The notes under the pieces: model-generated
Told to the model about the DNA's origin: nothing
The model's input: only the letters and a program-made list of their open reading frames with translations
Databases searched by the model: none
NCBI RefSeq assembly: GCF_009914755.1
Contig: NC_060938.1
Direction: 5' to 3' (one strand)
Source of the DNA: the human T2T-CHM13v2.0 reference genome, Homo sapiens
Length of the DNA: 64,000 nt
Made by a program: the position numbers and the translations under genes
In this document: positions 39,701 through 55,210 of the stretch, piece after piece
How positions within the stretch are numbered: the stretch's first letter is position 1
How the letters are laid out: each line of letters starts with the position of its first letter

Positions 39701-40081
39701 TGATGTGGTTTGGCTGTGTCCTCACCCAAATCTCATCTTGAATTGTAGTTCCTATAAGCTCCACGTGTAGTGGGTGGGACCTGGTGGAAGGTAATTGAAT
39801 CATAGGGGCAGCTTCCCCTATGCTATTATTCTTGTGATAGTGAGTACATTCTCATGAGATCTGTTGGTTTATAAGGGACTTCCGCATTTGCTCGTCTCTC
39901 ATTCTTCTCCTTCTTGTCGCCATGTGAAGAAGGATATGTTTGCTCCCCCTTCCACCATGATTGTAAGTTTCCAGAAGCTTCCCCAGCCCTGTAGAACTGT
40001 GAGTCAATTAAACCTCTTCTTAAAAATAACTTATCCAGACATGGGCAGTTCTTTTTAGCAGCATGAGAATGGGCTAATACA
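39701..40081 (+). mobile_element. THE1D-like solo LTR
   Basis: tgatgtggtttggctgtgtcc...gggctaataca; perfect TSD ggtat. Confidence 0.92.
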
Positions 40082-40119
40082 GGTATATATACCTAATATA
40101 TATATTTATAAATAGATAG

Positions 40120-40197
40120 ATATGTAAAAATCACTATCTATTATCTATCTAACTATCTGATTGGTTCTGATTCTCTGAACAATCCTGACTGATACAC
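40120..40197 (+). mobile_element. MLT2 (ERVL) LTR 3' end
   Basis: attggttctgattctctgaacaatcctgactgataca. Confidence 0.65.
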
Positions 40198-40253
40198 TAG
40201 GTACGTGACTGTGTCAGCTACTTAATAATTTTGTCCTTTAGTTTCTTCATCGG

Positions 40254-40618
40254 TGTAGTCCATTTTCACACAGTTGTAAAGAACTCCTTGAGACTGGGCA
40301 ATTTATAAAGAAAAGAGGTTTAATTGACTCACAGTTCTGCATGGCTAGGGAGACCTCAGGAGACTTACAATCATGGCGGAAGACAAAGGGGAAGCAAGGC
40401 ATGTCTCACACGGTGGCAGACGAGAGAGAGAGAGAGAGCAAGGAAGTGCCACACTTTAAAACCATCAGCTCTTGTGAGAACTCACTTCCTATCACAAGAA
40501 CAACATGGAGGAAACGGCCCCCATGATCCAGTCATCTCCCACCAGGTCCCTCCCTTGACACATGGGGATTATGATTCGAGATGAGATTTGGGTGGGCACA
40601 CAGAGCCAAACCATATCA
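40254..40618 (-). mobile_element. MSTA-like solo LTR inserted in a MIR
   Basis: tagtccattttcacac...cacagagccaaaccatatca. Confidence 0.9.
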
Positions 40619-42289
40619 ATTGCTGAAGTGGCTCTAATTGAATTTATCTCAGGGACCATCAAATTAGATGACGCCCATTAAACACTCAGCATAGTACCTG
40701 GCACATAGAAAGTATTAAGTAAGAAAATTTTAATAGTCATTACCATATTTTCTTATATCTAAAGTATCATCTATTGTTAGCTGTGTTGCTTATTTTACGC
40801 ACCAAGAAAGAAAACATTTCTGCCACTTAATTGTAAGAATATGTCAGCTCTCAGATGCATTCTGATTTCCAAAGATGCTAAACTAAATAAGTAATTTAGA
40901 ATATAATAATCTCGTTACTGTTCTTATTGGCTGCAGCATACAACCTCTGTGGCCTCTACTGAATTATTTGCATAATAGTAATAATGCAAATTGTTTGGAA
41001 TGGAGTGAGATGGTTCGTGCGGGTGATTTAGTTATTTTCTCCATGTCTAACTGTGGTCTTTAGTGCAAAGGACAAGAAGGGACAGGGCAACACTTACCAA
41101 ACTGGTGGGATTAATACAAGCCCATTTGATGTATGGAGAAACACAGGCTAACTGAGGTTAAGTAGCTTGTCCAAGGTAATATAATCCTAAGTGTTGGAGC
41201 TATTAGTTTAACCCAGGCGCATCAGAATTCAAGTCATTCTTCAAAAAGGAAAGTCCTTTTCATTTGGCCAAACATCCTGGCTCCATGCAACCTGCTCAGT
41301 CACTTCGCCTTTTCTTGTCTCCATAAGCCAATACCCTGGGTCTGCTTCCATCCTGCTTCTCTGTCAAGGCCCCTCTGGGCTCTGCCTGTGTTTGGAGGAC
41401 CCCAGGCTCAACACAGCTGGTTTTGCCACCTATTCTTTGTATGGCTCAGGGCAAACCCCGCTGCTCTCTTCAAAGGACCCAACCATAGTCCTTGGTGTGT
41501 ACAGTGTCTGTAAGGACTTAATCATATCAAAGGCAGGATTTTCTAAGAGGGGAACTGAACTTGTTTCTGGTCCACTGTGTGATTTTGGGCAAGTCGTGAA
41601 ACTCTCAGAAGCCACAGCTTCCTTCTCTGAAGTTCCCTGCACACTCTTTAATGAAGTAAACAAAACAAAGGGGAGATGGTTCCTTGTTGGGTGGAAGTGC
41701 CAGGCAACTACCAGGAACCATTGCTTTTGGGGGGCGTGGGGACTTCAGGCTTAGCTCTGTTCCTGCCTCATTTAGTTGGTTATGAGGCTCCTGGCTGCTG
41801 ACCCTGAGAGGGCCCAATTTGGAAGGAAAGGATTTATAGGAGCAATAAGTCAGTCCCCTAGGCACTGGGCTGACATTGCATTTTACTGTAGGGAGACACA
41901 GAAGAATCCAGGCGAGAGCTGAAGATTCTCCTAGAACCTAGAACAGAGCTCCTTAGAATACCTCAGAAGTCCTGTTGTGAATGCCTCAGCTGTCAGTGTC
42001 CAGGGCAGTAAGAAGAATAATCATGATAACGACAAGACTGGCGATGGTCATGTGTGTTTCCTGGGTGCTAAGCACTGTGCTTAGTGCTTCCATTACAGTG
42101 ATCCACTCATTTACTTCTCAAAGCAGCCTGCGAGCAAGGTGCCAGTGTTGTCTCATGCACAGATGGGTAGAGAGCTGCTGCAACTCCTCATCAGGATGTC
42201 CAGCTCCTGCTCAGCAGAACTGGCATTTAAAGGCAAGTGTGCCTGAATTTCTGATCACCAGGTGATTCTGTCTTTTACTTCTAGTCTAT

Positions 42290-42620
42290 TTTATGTATTT
42301 ATTTATTTTATATCAGAATGCACTCAAGGATTATAATTTATTTTATTCAGTGGGTTGTAATCTGTTATGATTATTATATACTTCATTGCTCAACAGTCCC
42401 AGATTTGGCCAGTGGGAACTCTTTCACACTGGCATCTATATCTTTGAACGTCTTTCCATCATCCTTTGAGTGCTTTCTTATTTTTTTGGCACAAAAAATA
42501 TTCCTGGCTCATCTTATATTTTTTCTTGCCCAAGCCCTGAGGTCAGCCGTTTTTCTATGGAACCTTGGTTCGTTTTAGTGCAGAATGGTATTTAGAAGCC
42601 AAGATCTACACGTGATTATT
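42290..42620 (-). mobile_element. L1MC-like fragment
   Basis: gtcccagatttggccagtgggaac...gaatggtatttagaagccaagatct. Confidence 0.7.
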
Positions 42621-42979
42621 TCTAAGTACTTCATGGGAAATTGAGAGACCACAACCCTTTGTGGTGTTGTCAGCCCTCAGTGTAGTGTCATTTTAACTCT
42701 ATCACCAGAAAAATCCCCCAACGGAGCCATGGGGCCCCAAGACCCCCTTATTCCCTTGATACTCACTTTTTCCTGCTCAGGAGTCACCAGAGTGGGCAAA
42801 TGTTTATCATTCTCTACTTACCCTAGACATTCTGGAAGGGAATGGGGAGGCAGAGATTCCTGAAGAATATCTGGGTTCTGACATCCTCTGGTTTGGAATG
42901 TTTTGCTGCCAACTCCTTTCCTCCCCTCCCCTTCCCCTCTTCTTAGAGGACCTAAGCTTTCTGGATATCCTAGTCCCTG

Positions 42980-43420
42980 GCCCACAGCAGTGAACAAGGC
43001 AGTCAAAATCTTTGCCCTGGTACGGCAGTGAGAAAGACAATACACAAGTAATGAATGAACAAATATTACAAATAGAGATACATGCTAGGAGGAGAAAGGG
43101 TGGGGCCCCTGATGCAGAAGAATCGGGGAGGTGGTGATGGTGATGGTGCTTCATTTGGAGAAGGGTCCAGGAAAACCTCTCAAAGAGGAGACCTGCAAGA
43201 GGAGAAGGAGCTGGTCACGGGAAAAGCGAAGGAAGAGTGTTACCAGCAGAGGGAAGGGGATGTGGGAATGCCCAGAGGCAGGGAAGAGCTTGGTGTGTTC
43301 CAGCAACTGACAGGAAGCTAGGAGGCCGGCATGGTGGGTAAGGGGAAGGGAGGCACGGGAGGAGGCTGGGGCCAGGGCCGATTGCACTGGACTTAAAAGC
43401 CACAGCAAAGACTTGGATTT
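42980..43420 (+). mobile_element. L2 fragment
   Basis: cagcagtgaacaaggcag...gagcttggtgtgttccag...cagcaaagacttggattt. Confidence 0.65.
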
Positions 43421-44465
43421 GGACAGTGCTGAAGCTCCGAGAACTGGGAAGCACATCTGGTAATTGAAAAGATGAAAAAAGTAATAATAAAGTGCTCACT
43501 CACAGGCAGCCGTGATGAAGGAAATGGATGGTGGCCAGGCAGGCCATATGCACTTGGCTAACAGAATTAATCATGTTCGGTACGGCACAAAACAAGAATG
43601 ACAAGCACAATAAAACATTTAAAGACGAGAGTGGATTTTAATTTTAGGAGTAGTCTAAAACAATATGATAATGATGATAGCCAACTTGGCCCTGTGAATG
43701 TAAAATCCAAATAGGACACAAATTAAAGTCATAAATAATATTTAATTTGCTATACCAATGCATTCTCAAAAGTCATATTGATGAAAAAAGTTATTAGAAT
43801 GAATCAAATGAAGACTCTTGTATGTCTGGAATATTTAGTGGACTGGAGAAATGCTAGCAGAAAAAAAAATCCATAACACGATGTATGAGTTGGAAATTGG
43901 ATGAGAACATTATGATTTTCAACTTGCATTTATCGAGCAAACCACAGACTGTATTTCCAGGGCCATTTAGCTAGATTAGAACAAATAAGAAAAGACCGAT
44001 TTTTAAGAACTTGTGATTAATGACATGCAATTCTTTTAAAGTAGTTTTGTAAATACTCTATCCCGAAGATATGTTGTGCTCTCATCTGTTACTGAGCCTC
44101 GAGCTACGGGGCTTGAGGGACATTGTTTTGCTGTCACTGATGGTTTCTCCATGCATCGTACTTTTATGAACTGGGATCTTAAATTCAGTGAGCCTACCTT
44201 GTACATTGGATGTGCAGAACTGGGAGAGGCAATGAGTGGTGCCAAAAACTATATACGTATCTAGAAAGAGGTGGATTGTGGAAAAAACAGCTATTAATTT
44301 GCAGAGTATTAAGTATGATTATGGGGAGTGTTAAGGCAGGCTCCTGTAAGTAAAGAGAAGAATGGCTAAATGCAGAGAGCAGGAGAGAACAAGAAATGCA
44401 AAAGGAAAGAGTGATTACCAATGTGAATGAAAAACACAACATGACTAAGAGTGTCGGTGTGGAGG

Positions 44466-44546
44466 AGGGGGACCACCGATCTGGAGCAACGTGTCCACCT
44501 GAGCAGGGGGACCACCGATCTGGAGCAACGTGTCCACCTGAGCAGG
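44466..44546. repeat. Perfect tandem duplication, 2 x 39 bp
   Basis: agggggaccaccgatctggagcaacgtgtccacctgagc at 44466 and 44505. Confidence 0.95.
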
Positions 44547-44582
44547 TAATGCTGCTTTATAAACTTTATAAAAAAAACTTTA

Positions 44583-44936
<354 letters not shown>

Positions 44937-44938
44937 TT

Positions 44939-45029
44939 AACATATTGTGTTCCCTTTCTATACATGGAACATATTGTGTTCCCTTTCTATACATGGAACA
45001 TATTGTGTTCCCTTTCTATACATGGAACA
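44939..45029. repeat. Perfect tandem repeat, 3.1 x 29 bp
   Basis: aacatattgtgttccctttctatacatgg at 44939, 44968, 44997. Confidence 0.96.
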
Positions 45030-46434
45030 ATGGCGTTCTGTAATTAATGCTGGGACATGACAGTTCCAACTGTGTCATTGAATGAGCTTCCCCTGACCCC
45101 AAACAAAAAGGATCCCGAAGCTTTGTGTAAATTTAAACTAAGCCCGTGGTGTTGCCAACCCAAGGAGACATCATGACTGTGTCTTTGCAGAGTTCATTGG
45201 TCAAGAATGAAAAACAAAGGTGAATGGCATCCACTTTTCATCTCCAAAGAAAACGTGTTAGGTAATGGCCCATTGGAGGTCATGAGCTCTCACCAGACTC
45301 TTTTCTCTAGAGGGATAGCTTAGGGTGGCTGTGTTCCTTCTCCTTGCTTCCTCATGCCATTGAAAATGGGTGCTGGTCCAGCTTTCTCGGCTGATGTTCC
45401 AAATGAGTCCTGCTCTTGCCCACCTCCAGTCTTCATTCAGGGGCCAATGAATCACCCAGCGCTGAGCTCCCCACCACGAGATGCCTCCATTCTGGCTCCT
45501 CTTCAGCTCCCTGGCGATGCCTGTCCTGGTCATTTCTCACCTGCATGATGGAAATCGCCTCCTTGCTGGTCTCTGACTTTCTCTCCTCCTCTCATCCATC
45601 TTCCACTCAGCAGCCTGAGTGATCTTTCTGAATTGCAAATCAGATCCCATCAGTGTCCTCCTTAAAAGTCTTTTAATGGCTCCCTAGGGTGGTGTTTTTC
45701 AACCTTTAAAAAAAAATCCCATGTGCTGGTTTGATAAATAATGATAATAGCTCCTATTTATCAATAGCCACTGTTACTATTTATCAAGCACTTCCTGTGT
45801 GCCAGGCCCTGTGCTTGTGATAATTCGTGTAACCCTGACTGGAACAGGCACATGTCTCCTGTTTTAAAGGTGAGGACACAGCTTTAGAGGGAGACGTGTC
45901 TTGCTGGAGGTGAGGTCACACAGCTGGCCAAAACCCAGGTCTGATTGGCACCTAAGGGGAGGCTGCCAAACGTGATGTGAGGTGGCCTCTCTATTGCATG
46001 CTTCCACACACCCCTTTTATAGTTTGCTATTTCTCCAGGGCCCAGAGTCTCCCTCCAGGTGATGGGGCCTCACCCCTCTGCCCACACATAGATTGCACTC
46101 CCTTTTGGAACCATCACCCAGTGTCTGTGGGATAGACTCCAGGACTCTTCTGGTGACCTACAAGGCTTCTGCTGGCCTCTCTCTGTCTCCCCTTCTATGC
46201 ATCCACTCTACTTATCCTGGTCCCGCCTCTCTGCTTTGGGTTTGCTTCCCCTGCCTCTTCGGATTCTAGCTCATTCTTGAGACTCAACATAAGCATCACC
46301 TCCTCCAGGAAGCCGTTAATGCCCCAGGCTGGATCAGGGGCCCCGCCTGAATGTTCCTGCTGCATCAGGTACCTCTGCCCTTGATCACGCTCTAGCCAGG
46401 TATGTTTCTCCTTTTTCACCTCCTCCAGACTGTG

Positions 46435-46575
46435 AGTCTATTCATTCATTTGTTCATGTATTCATTTAAGAAATATTTACTGAGTGCCTACTATGTGATA
46501 AGCATTGTGCTAGGTACTGCAGATGCTGTAGTGACAAGAACAGACAAGATTCGTATTCTCATGGAAATTACATTT
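46435..46575 (+). mobile_element. L2 3' end
   Basis: ttcattcattt...aaatatttactgagtgcctactatgtg. Confidence 0.75.
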
Positions 46576-47209
46576 GTAACAAGATGTTGGAATGGAAATT
46601 TTGGGCAAGATCCAGGATGAAGTTGGGTACTACATCCCAAAGATGCGGACATGAGGGCCTTGTTCTCGGTGGGGGAGGGGATACTCTACTTTGAAATGTA
46701 CATGCATGGCTTTGGAGTCAGATGGCCTGGCCTCCAAGCTCAACTCTGGTGCTTAACTTGCTGTGTGCCCTCAGGCAGGTTACATTGCTTCTCTGAGCTG
46801 AAAAACAAGTTCACTGATTCAGACCCCACAGGGTTTTGGTTGGGATTAAAAATGTGGGTGATCACCTGGCATTTGGCTGGTATTCAGCTGATGAAAGACC
46901 CTTCACTATCCTCCCTTTACCCCACCACAATTGTTCAGCGAGTCCTGCATCTCCAGTTTGGTTTGGAGGTAGCAGGTGCTCCTGGGGCATTCCTGAATCC
47001 CAGCCCCCTGGACTTGCCTCTTTTGGACCTCTCCTTCCTTGGGGGATCTGAGACACACCTTTGAGGACAGGGGCAGTGATTTGCACATCTGCCGTCAATG
47101 TATTTGATGGCCTAGTTCCACTCACCGCTTCCAAAACTGTGTTTTATTCTTCTCCTAAATTACTAATAACATGAGAATTGAAGAATCTAGATGTTTAAAA
47201 TCTGTTAAA

Positions 47210-47835
47210 AACTAAACAAAACCTAGGAGCAACCAAGATGTCTTTCGATAAGTGAGTGAATAAACAAACGTGGTACAGCTATACAATGGAATATTATTTA
47301 GAGATAAGAAATGGACTGTCAGCTTACAAAAGGACATGGAGAAACTTCCAGTCCACATTGCTGAATGAAAGAAGCCAGTTTGAAAAGGCTAGCTAGTGTA
47401 TGATTCCAACCATATAACATTCTGAAAAAGGCAAAATTATGGAGATGGTAGAAAGATGGGTGGTGGCTAAGAATTGGGAGGAAGTGCAGAGGGATGAAAA
47501 GGTGGAGTTCAGGGGCTTTTGAGGGCAGTGAAGCTATTCTGTACACCACTGTAATGCTGGATACATGCCATTTGCCAAAATCCATGGAATGTATGACACA
47601 GATGGTTAACCCCAATCTAAAGTAAGGACTTTCATTATTAATAAGGTGTCAGTACTGGTTGATCAGTTGCAACAAGTGCAATGGCAACACTCATGCAAAA
47701 TGTTGACAGTGGGGGAAGCTGTGAATGTGAGGGCAAGGGGAATACACAAGAAGCCTCTGTATTTTACACTCACATTTTCTGCAAACATAAAACTGCTCTA
47801 GAAAATAGTCTAAATAAAATAAAATAAAATAAATA
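47210..47835 (+). mobile_element. L1MC-like 3' end
   Basis: caaccaagatgtc...gaagccagtttgaaaaggct...aaaactgctcta plus A-rich tail. Confidence 0.85.
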
Positions 47836-48043
47836 AAGTTGATTCCTTTGAAGAGCACAAATCTCATGCACCCCAGGCACTAGGGGTTCTCCTCTGGGAT
47901 TTCAGGCTGCAGGTTTTGTGCTGTAGAGGAAGGAGTCCAGCTGTGGGCTGGGCTACACCCTCCTCACATACGTTTGTGGCCAGAGCCCAAACCTCTGGGA
48001 CTGGTCCCAGCACAGGCCGTAATCACCTGTGGAAAGTTGAGAG

Positions 48044-48351
48044 CAGTGCTGGCCCACAGAAACATACAGCGAGCCACATGTGTAGGAGGTTTTTTAGTAG
48101 CCAGGTAAAAAGGAACAGGAGAAATAAACTTTAATACTATAATTTAACCCAATTATCCAAAATATTATCATTTCAACATGTAATTCATATAAAAATTACT
48201 AGTGAGGTATTTTGCATTCTTTTTTTTCCACACTAAGTCTTTGAAAGCTGGCGAGTGCTTAAGACTCATCTCAATTCAGACTCAATTCAGGCTGTGTTTC
48301 CAGTGCTCCGTAGCCTCCTGGAGTCTGTGGTCACTTCAGTGGACAGCACAG
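48044..48351. mobile_element. MER33 (hAT-Charlie)
   Basis: aaaatattatcatttcaacatgtaat...ggacagcacag; degenerate TSD gttgagag / gttcagat. Confidence 0.75.
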
Positions 48352-49621
48352 GTTCAGATGGTCACTGGGCCATGTGGGGAACCAGGAGGTTGTTCAGGGA
48401 GGCTCCTCCCCACCATCTCCTTCCCTCCTTTGTTCCTTCCCGTGTCGAGGGTGTGCCAATTAAAAATTAATTTTTAGAGCTGCACTCGTCTCGCAGACTC
48501 CTTGGGGCCAAGTGTCTGTGCCCAAGGCTCTGTGCACTCGAGGCAGAGGCAGACCCATCTTAGTGAAGCTGCTGCAGCTTCATTCCACCACAGCGGGTGG
48601 ATTTTTCTCCTTCCCCTACCTGCACTTTGATTATTTAAGACAGAGCTAAATGTGAGGGAGAATGGGGTCCCACAGAGCTGCAGGCTAACTTTGCCCCAGA
48701 AGAGCCTCTTATGGGGAAAATCCTCTTAGCAACATCGCCAGAATAAAATGGTATTCCTTAGCTTGCCATCCCTGCTGAGACAAGGAGAGCACAGGCTATG
48801 TGCGGATTCTTCAGCTGTTTCCCTTTCTGTGTCCATGACAGACATCACTAATCAATCTCAGCTCTTTCTGAACTATCTGCGCCTGCATCCTCTCTGTACT
48901 CCACCTCCTGCTCCAGGCAGACAATCCTGATTGATAGACTACAGACAACCAGTTGGCTCTCCCTCTCCAGTTTGCTATCCTGCTCTATGAGATGGCCCAT
49001 CTCATCTTTCCAACATTACTTCTCATTGCACCCTTCTCTCCATGGACATCACATTCCAGCAGCATCAAATGAGTCTTTATTTTCTTGAACACCTAAAGCC
49101 CTGTGTATGGCTGGTCAGGTTGTTCACTGTATACGAGGGCTCCCAGCCAAGGGGTGGGTAGGGCATGGCATATGGCCCAATGCCCGTTCATCAAGCTGTA
49201 CACTTTAGACTGAGGATGCCTGCACTGGGTTCAAGGTAGCTTTTGTTCAGTTTACACAAAGGCATTATATATTCTAGTAGTGATCTGCGAACAGTCTCCG
49301 GCCCTTTGTGTATGCAAATCCTTCTGCCTGGAATGCCCTTTCCCTACCATTTTGTCCTCATTCTTTGAGACCTGCTTCAATCCCTCAAACCCTGTCCAGG
49401 TCTAGTGGCAAACACTGCAATTTCCCTTGCGTCTCTCAGCCATGGCTCAGCTCACAGCCAACCTTATGTAAGAACTAAGTGGGGTCATTTTTATCCACAT
49501 GGAATTGTGAGCCTCTTGAGTCTGGAGGCTGTGTGTGATTTTCCAGCCTGGGGCAGCCTGGCATAGCCACCTGAAACAGAAGTGCACGGACTTGACCAAA
49601 CCAGACATTTCTAATGAAGTT

Positions 49622-49924
<303 letters not shown>

Positions 49925-50689
49925 CTAATGAAGTTCTAAGACAGACCAGGCTGCGACCACTAGCGACATGAACAGGCAGCACTTACGGAATGCTTCCCCC
50001 GTGCCCGCACAGCTCTAAAGACAGCATGGGCGATCTCAGTTAGTGCTTGCAACAAGGCCATGAGGTGGGGGTTATCACTGCTGTCCCTGGTTCATGGATG
50101 GGAGTGGCAGAGGGAATGAGTCACAGACAGATTGAGAACCTGCCCCGGGGTATGGGACTGGGTTAGGGACAGGTGTGCTGACTCCAGGCTCCTGCTTATC
50201 ATTTTCTCTAGGCACCCCCATCACCTCCCACTGTATTGATGGTTCAGCTTTTCCATCATGGATGTGGGAGGGTGGTTAAAGAGCATTAACAGTAATAACA
50301 ACAGCAGCGGTAACTCGTTCTTAGGGACACTCCACCTGTACCAGACACTGTTCTGAGTGCTTTCTGCAGATCACCTTGATTGTGCCTGCATGTCTGTGCC
50401 AAATGCTGGACACGCATCTCAAAGTGGGCATAGCCTCTCCCCACCTTTTGTTCCTGCTGAGTAAACTGAGGCCCGAGGTTCTCGCAGCTAGCAAGTGCTG
50501 GCTCCTGGATTTGCCTTGGGGGCCTGCCTGGCTTTCATGCCTGGCCTCGGGCTCCACGTGCTGCTGCCCCTCAAAGTCCCCTCCCACAGGGCAGGGAGTC
50601 TAGGGTGTTCCTGCCTTCCAAAACCTAAGTTTATCCCCTGGGGGAGGTAGCAGAGCCCACTTGGTGGGCACATGAGCCCTGGGGGCAGC

Positions 50690-50860
50690 CTGCTTGGTCC
50701 AAATCCCAGCTCTGCCACTCACCTGTCGAGAGCCTTGGTGAGTTGCTCAACATCTCTGTGCCTCAGTTTCCTCAGCTTTAAAATAGATGCAACGCTAGGC
50801 CTGTTGCTGTGGTTGCTATGGACACTGAATGAGACAACATGTTGATGCGCTTATACGCTT
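50690..50860 (+). mobile_element. MIR
   Basis: aaatcccagctctgccact...ctgtgcctcagtttcctca. Confidence 0.8.
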
Positions 50861-51879
50861 AAACATACAGGAAACGTTAACCTCTCACTATGATACCCAG
50901 CACCGCTGAAGGCGGCAGCTAGAGAGGATGGAGCCTGGACTTTGGAGACGGGTCCTGGCATTGCACAAATTGCACATCCTCTCTGGATCTCAGTTTCCTC
51001 ACCTGCAAAACAGGTGTGAGAATCTCTACCTGGAGTTACTTCGTCATTCAGCACATGTGTGGGGGCTTGTGATGGGCTAGCCCATGTTGGGTGTCAGGGA
51101 TTCCACAACAAACCCATCCCTGTTCCTAAGAAGCTTGGAGGCAAGCTCAGAGGTACTTAATCTGGGGTCTGTGGGTCCCAAGGCTGTCCACAGTAGGCTT
51201 CAGGGGGCTCTACAAACCCCCCAGGCATGTAAGAAATAGGTCTGGGGCTTTCACTGGATCTTTGAGAGGCCCTGGGCAGAGAGGAGAGCTGTGTCAAATT
51301 CTGGATCTTGGTGCTTGGGGGAGCCTAGCCTTTACACCTGCCTGTGCTGGAAGGCCGGGCTGCTCACCTACTCCAACCCAGGGCTGGTATCAGGCTGCTG
51401 GACCAGCCTTGCCCAGTGCCATGGTTCCCCATCAGGGCCCTTGGGGATCCAGTCCTGAGTGCAGGGTAGAAGCGGGCATGGGCCTCTGTGCAGGTGAGTC
51501 CACATTTCCCTGGATTCAGCCCACACAGCCTGCCCTCCTCACCACAGCCTCAGAAAGAGCTTGGGGGAAAAACACATTCCTAAATAAATATGGGCAGAAA
51601 AAATAATACAGAAAGTTCTTGCCTTGTCCAGGACTTTTGACAGGACTGGTCTGCCTGGCTCTGGGCTCTCTCTGTCTCTCCCAATTACTGCCTCTGCCTT
51701 CCACATGTTGCCATGGGAGCGCTAAGTCAACTCACCATCAGCAGCTGTTGCTGGAAAGTTCCTAGCATCCATGTTTCAGCCCCTCTCAGTGCTCTGGGGG
51801 CATGCAGCTATGAGGACTCAGGTCCTTCCTCTGGAAAATTTCACATCTTCCCACAGTGCAGAGGGGAGGGGTGGAATGG

Positions 51880-52090
51880 CCAAAGCATGTGGGCTTTGGG
51901 GTCAGACTGCAGGGTTCCAATCCTGGTTCTACTTCTGTAGCTCAGCCAGGTCATTTAAACTTGCTAAGCCTCAGTTTCCTCATCTGTAAAATGGGAACAG
52001 TGATAGAACTGACCTTGGACAATGCTGAGGCTGGACAGTGGCATGATGCATGTAAAGTGCCTGGTCCATTGTCAGCACTCAATCAACCTG
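51880..52090 (+). mobile_element. MIR
   Basis: gcctcagtttcctcatctgtaaaatgggaac...gcatgtaaagtgcctgg. Confidence 0.85.
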
Positions 52091-52684
52091 GTTGTTACTA
52101 TTACCACCACCATTGGGCCTGGGAAGGCAAAGGAGGTGTTTTCCTCTACACAGAGGGTGGTATGTAGGAGAAAGACTGAGACCAGTGCTATGAGATGGAG
52201 TGAATCAAGAAGGCTGAGTTCTCACAGGGTGTTTTGGCTGAGTTACTGCCTCCCTGTAGGCCTCAGTTTTTGCATTTGTTTAGCGGGCCACATACTTCAT
52301 TAGATGCTTCCTAGGTCTGCTCCTTAGATGCTTAGAGAAGTGTTGATCTGGGAGCACACTGCTGGATTTGCAGTCAGAGGACACTTACTTCAGCTTCAGG
52401 GACAGGTTGCTGAGAGAATAGAATCCAGCTTGGCTATGTGAGTTGCATGGCCTCACCCCAACCTGGCAAGGGTCCAGTCCTGCTCTTCTCTGGCCCTTCC
52501 CCTCAACAGTCTAGTCCTGCCCTGATGCCCTCCCTCTCAGCACCCATCAGGTGCCTCATCCTCCAATGATTTGCTCCAATTGCAGCTCCTCCTAGAAGCC
52601 TTCTGTATCAGCTAGGGCCCAACCAGGAGATGGAGCCATGCCTGTTAGTCCAACAGAGCAAATCTAACATAAAGTAGTGGTCTA

Positions 52685-53757
<1,073 letters not shown>

Positions 53758-53854
53758 TAGTAAGAAAGAAGTGTTAACTATTTATGAGATTGTTAATCAG
53801 GTCCTTAGAAAGAGCACATTAAGGTATCATGGGAGCAGGAAGCAGCCCCAGGGT

Positions 53855-54016
53855 TTGAGCTTGTCTTCTGCCCTTCTGCCATAGGATGACCCTTGCTGGA
53901 TGCCAGTGACATGCTCTTGGACTTCCCAGGCTCCAGAATCATAAGCCAAATAAACCTCTTTTCTTTATAAATTCCTCGGTGTGTGGTATTCTGTTTTTGC
54001 AGAAAATGGCCTAACA
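53855..54016 (+). mobile_element. MSTC-like LTR 3' fragment
   Basis: ggatgaccct...catgctcttggacttc...aataaacctctt; similar to 55044-55210. Confidence 0.75.
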
Positions 54017-54838
54017 CCCTCCCAGGGCTGGGGACAAAGGAAGCAGGTAGAATTGCTAGAACTTAGAAAGCACAGCAGAGCCTGTGGAGCTTGAACCCAG
54101 ACCTCTGAGGAGCAGGCACTGCTTGGCTGGTTCTGGTGTCTCTGAGATGAGAAGGGTGACCAACCATTCTGGTTTGCCTTGGGATGGAGGGAATTCCTAG
54201 GGTATGGAACTTTCAGCACTAAAACTTGGTCTCCCTAGCGTGGTGCACAGGAAAGCTGGTCTGATAGGTACTGAAAACATTCAAACTAGATTCAGTTCCG
54301 GCTGCAGGAAGGAACTGCTGCTGCTGGAGTGAAGAAGCAAAACAGGAAGGACAGAAGAACAGGAAGTGCAAGTTCATTTTTTCTGCAAGCCTACCAGGGA
54401 GCAGCAGAGAAAACAAAAATGCAGCTTCCAGAGCCTAACCCAGTGTCTCAGAGCAGAGAGCTCTGAAGGGTAGGGTTTGAATAAGAGATGATATCTTGGT
54501 GTGTCTGTCACTTCACTGATTACTTCAATCCCCACTGATACTTTCTAAAGTCAGGGTGATTCATCTTTGCTTACAATTATTTGCTAATTTCTTGTATCAT
54601 GTTTTTTGGTACTGGTTTCCCTGTGACACCCACCTGGACTCCACCCTTCCTGAGGATAGGCAGAGACTAGCCTAATTTATTTTTTAGCCCAATAATAAAA
54701 ATGCAAATTACCTATCATGTGCTTGGTACTGTGATGAGGTTTTAATACTTATGCCATGTAATTCTTGCCACACTCTGTCCCCTTTTCGCAGTTGAGGACA
54801 TTGCAGCTCAGAGACATTAAGTAATAGCTCAAGGTCAC

Positions 54839-55210
54839 TGCTGTGATTTGAATGTCTCCGCCAAAACTCATGTTAATATGAATTGCCATTATAATGGTAT
54901 TAGGAGGTGAGGCCTTTAAGAGGTGATCGGGCCAAGGGGGCTGTGCCCTCATGAATGGATTATCTAGGGAGTAGGTTAGTTATTGCAGAAGTTATTGCAG
55001 AAGTCCTGATAAGTTTGGCTCCCTTTCTGTCTCTGTCTTGCCCTTGAGCTTGTCTTCTGCCCTTCTGCAATGGGATGACCCTCACCAGATGCCAGTGACA
55101 TGCTCTTGGACTTCTCAGTCTCCAGAACCACAAGCCAAATAAAATTTGTTTCTTTATAAATTACCCAGTCTGTGGTATTCTGTTATAGCAGCAGAAAATA
55201 GAGTAAGACA
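54839..55210 (+). mobile_element. MSTC-like solo LTR inserted in a MIR
   Basis: tgctgtgatttgaatgtc...taagaca; TSD gtcac / gtcat. Confidence 0.85.
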
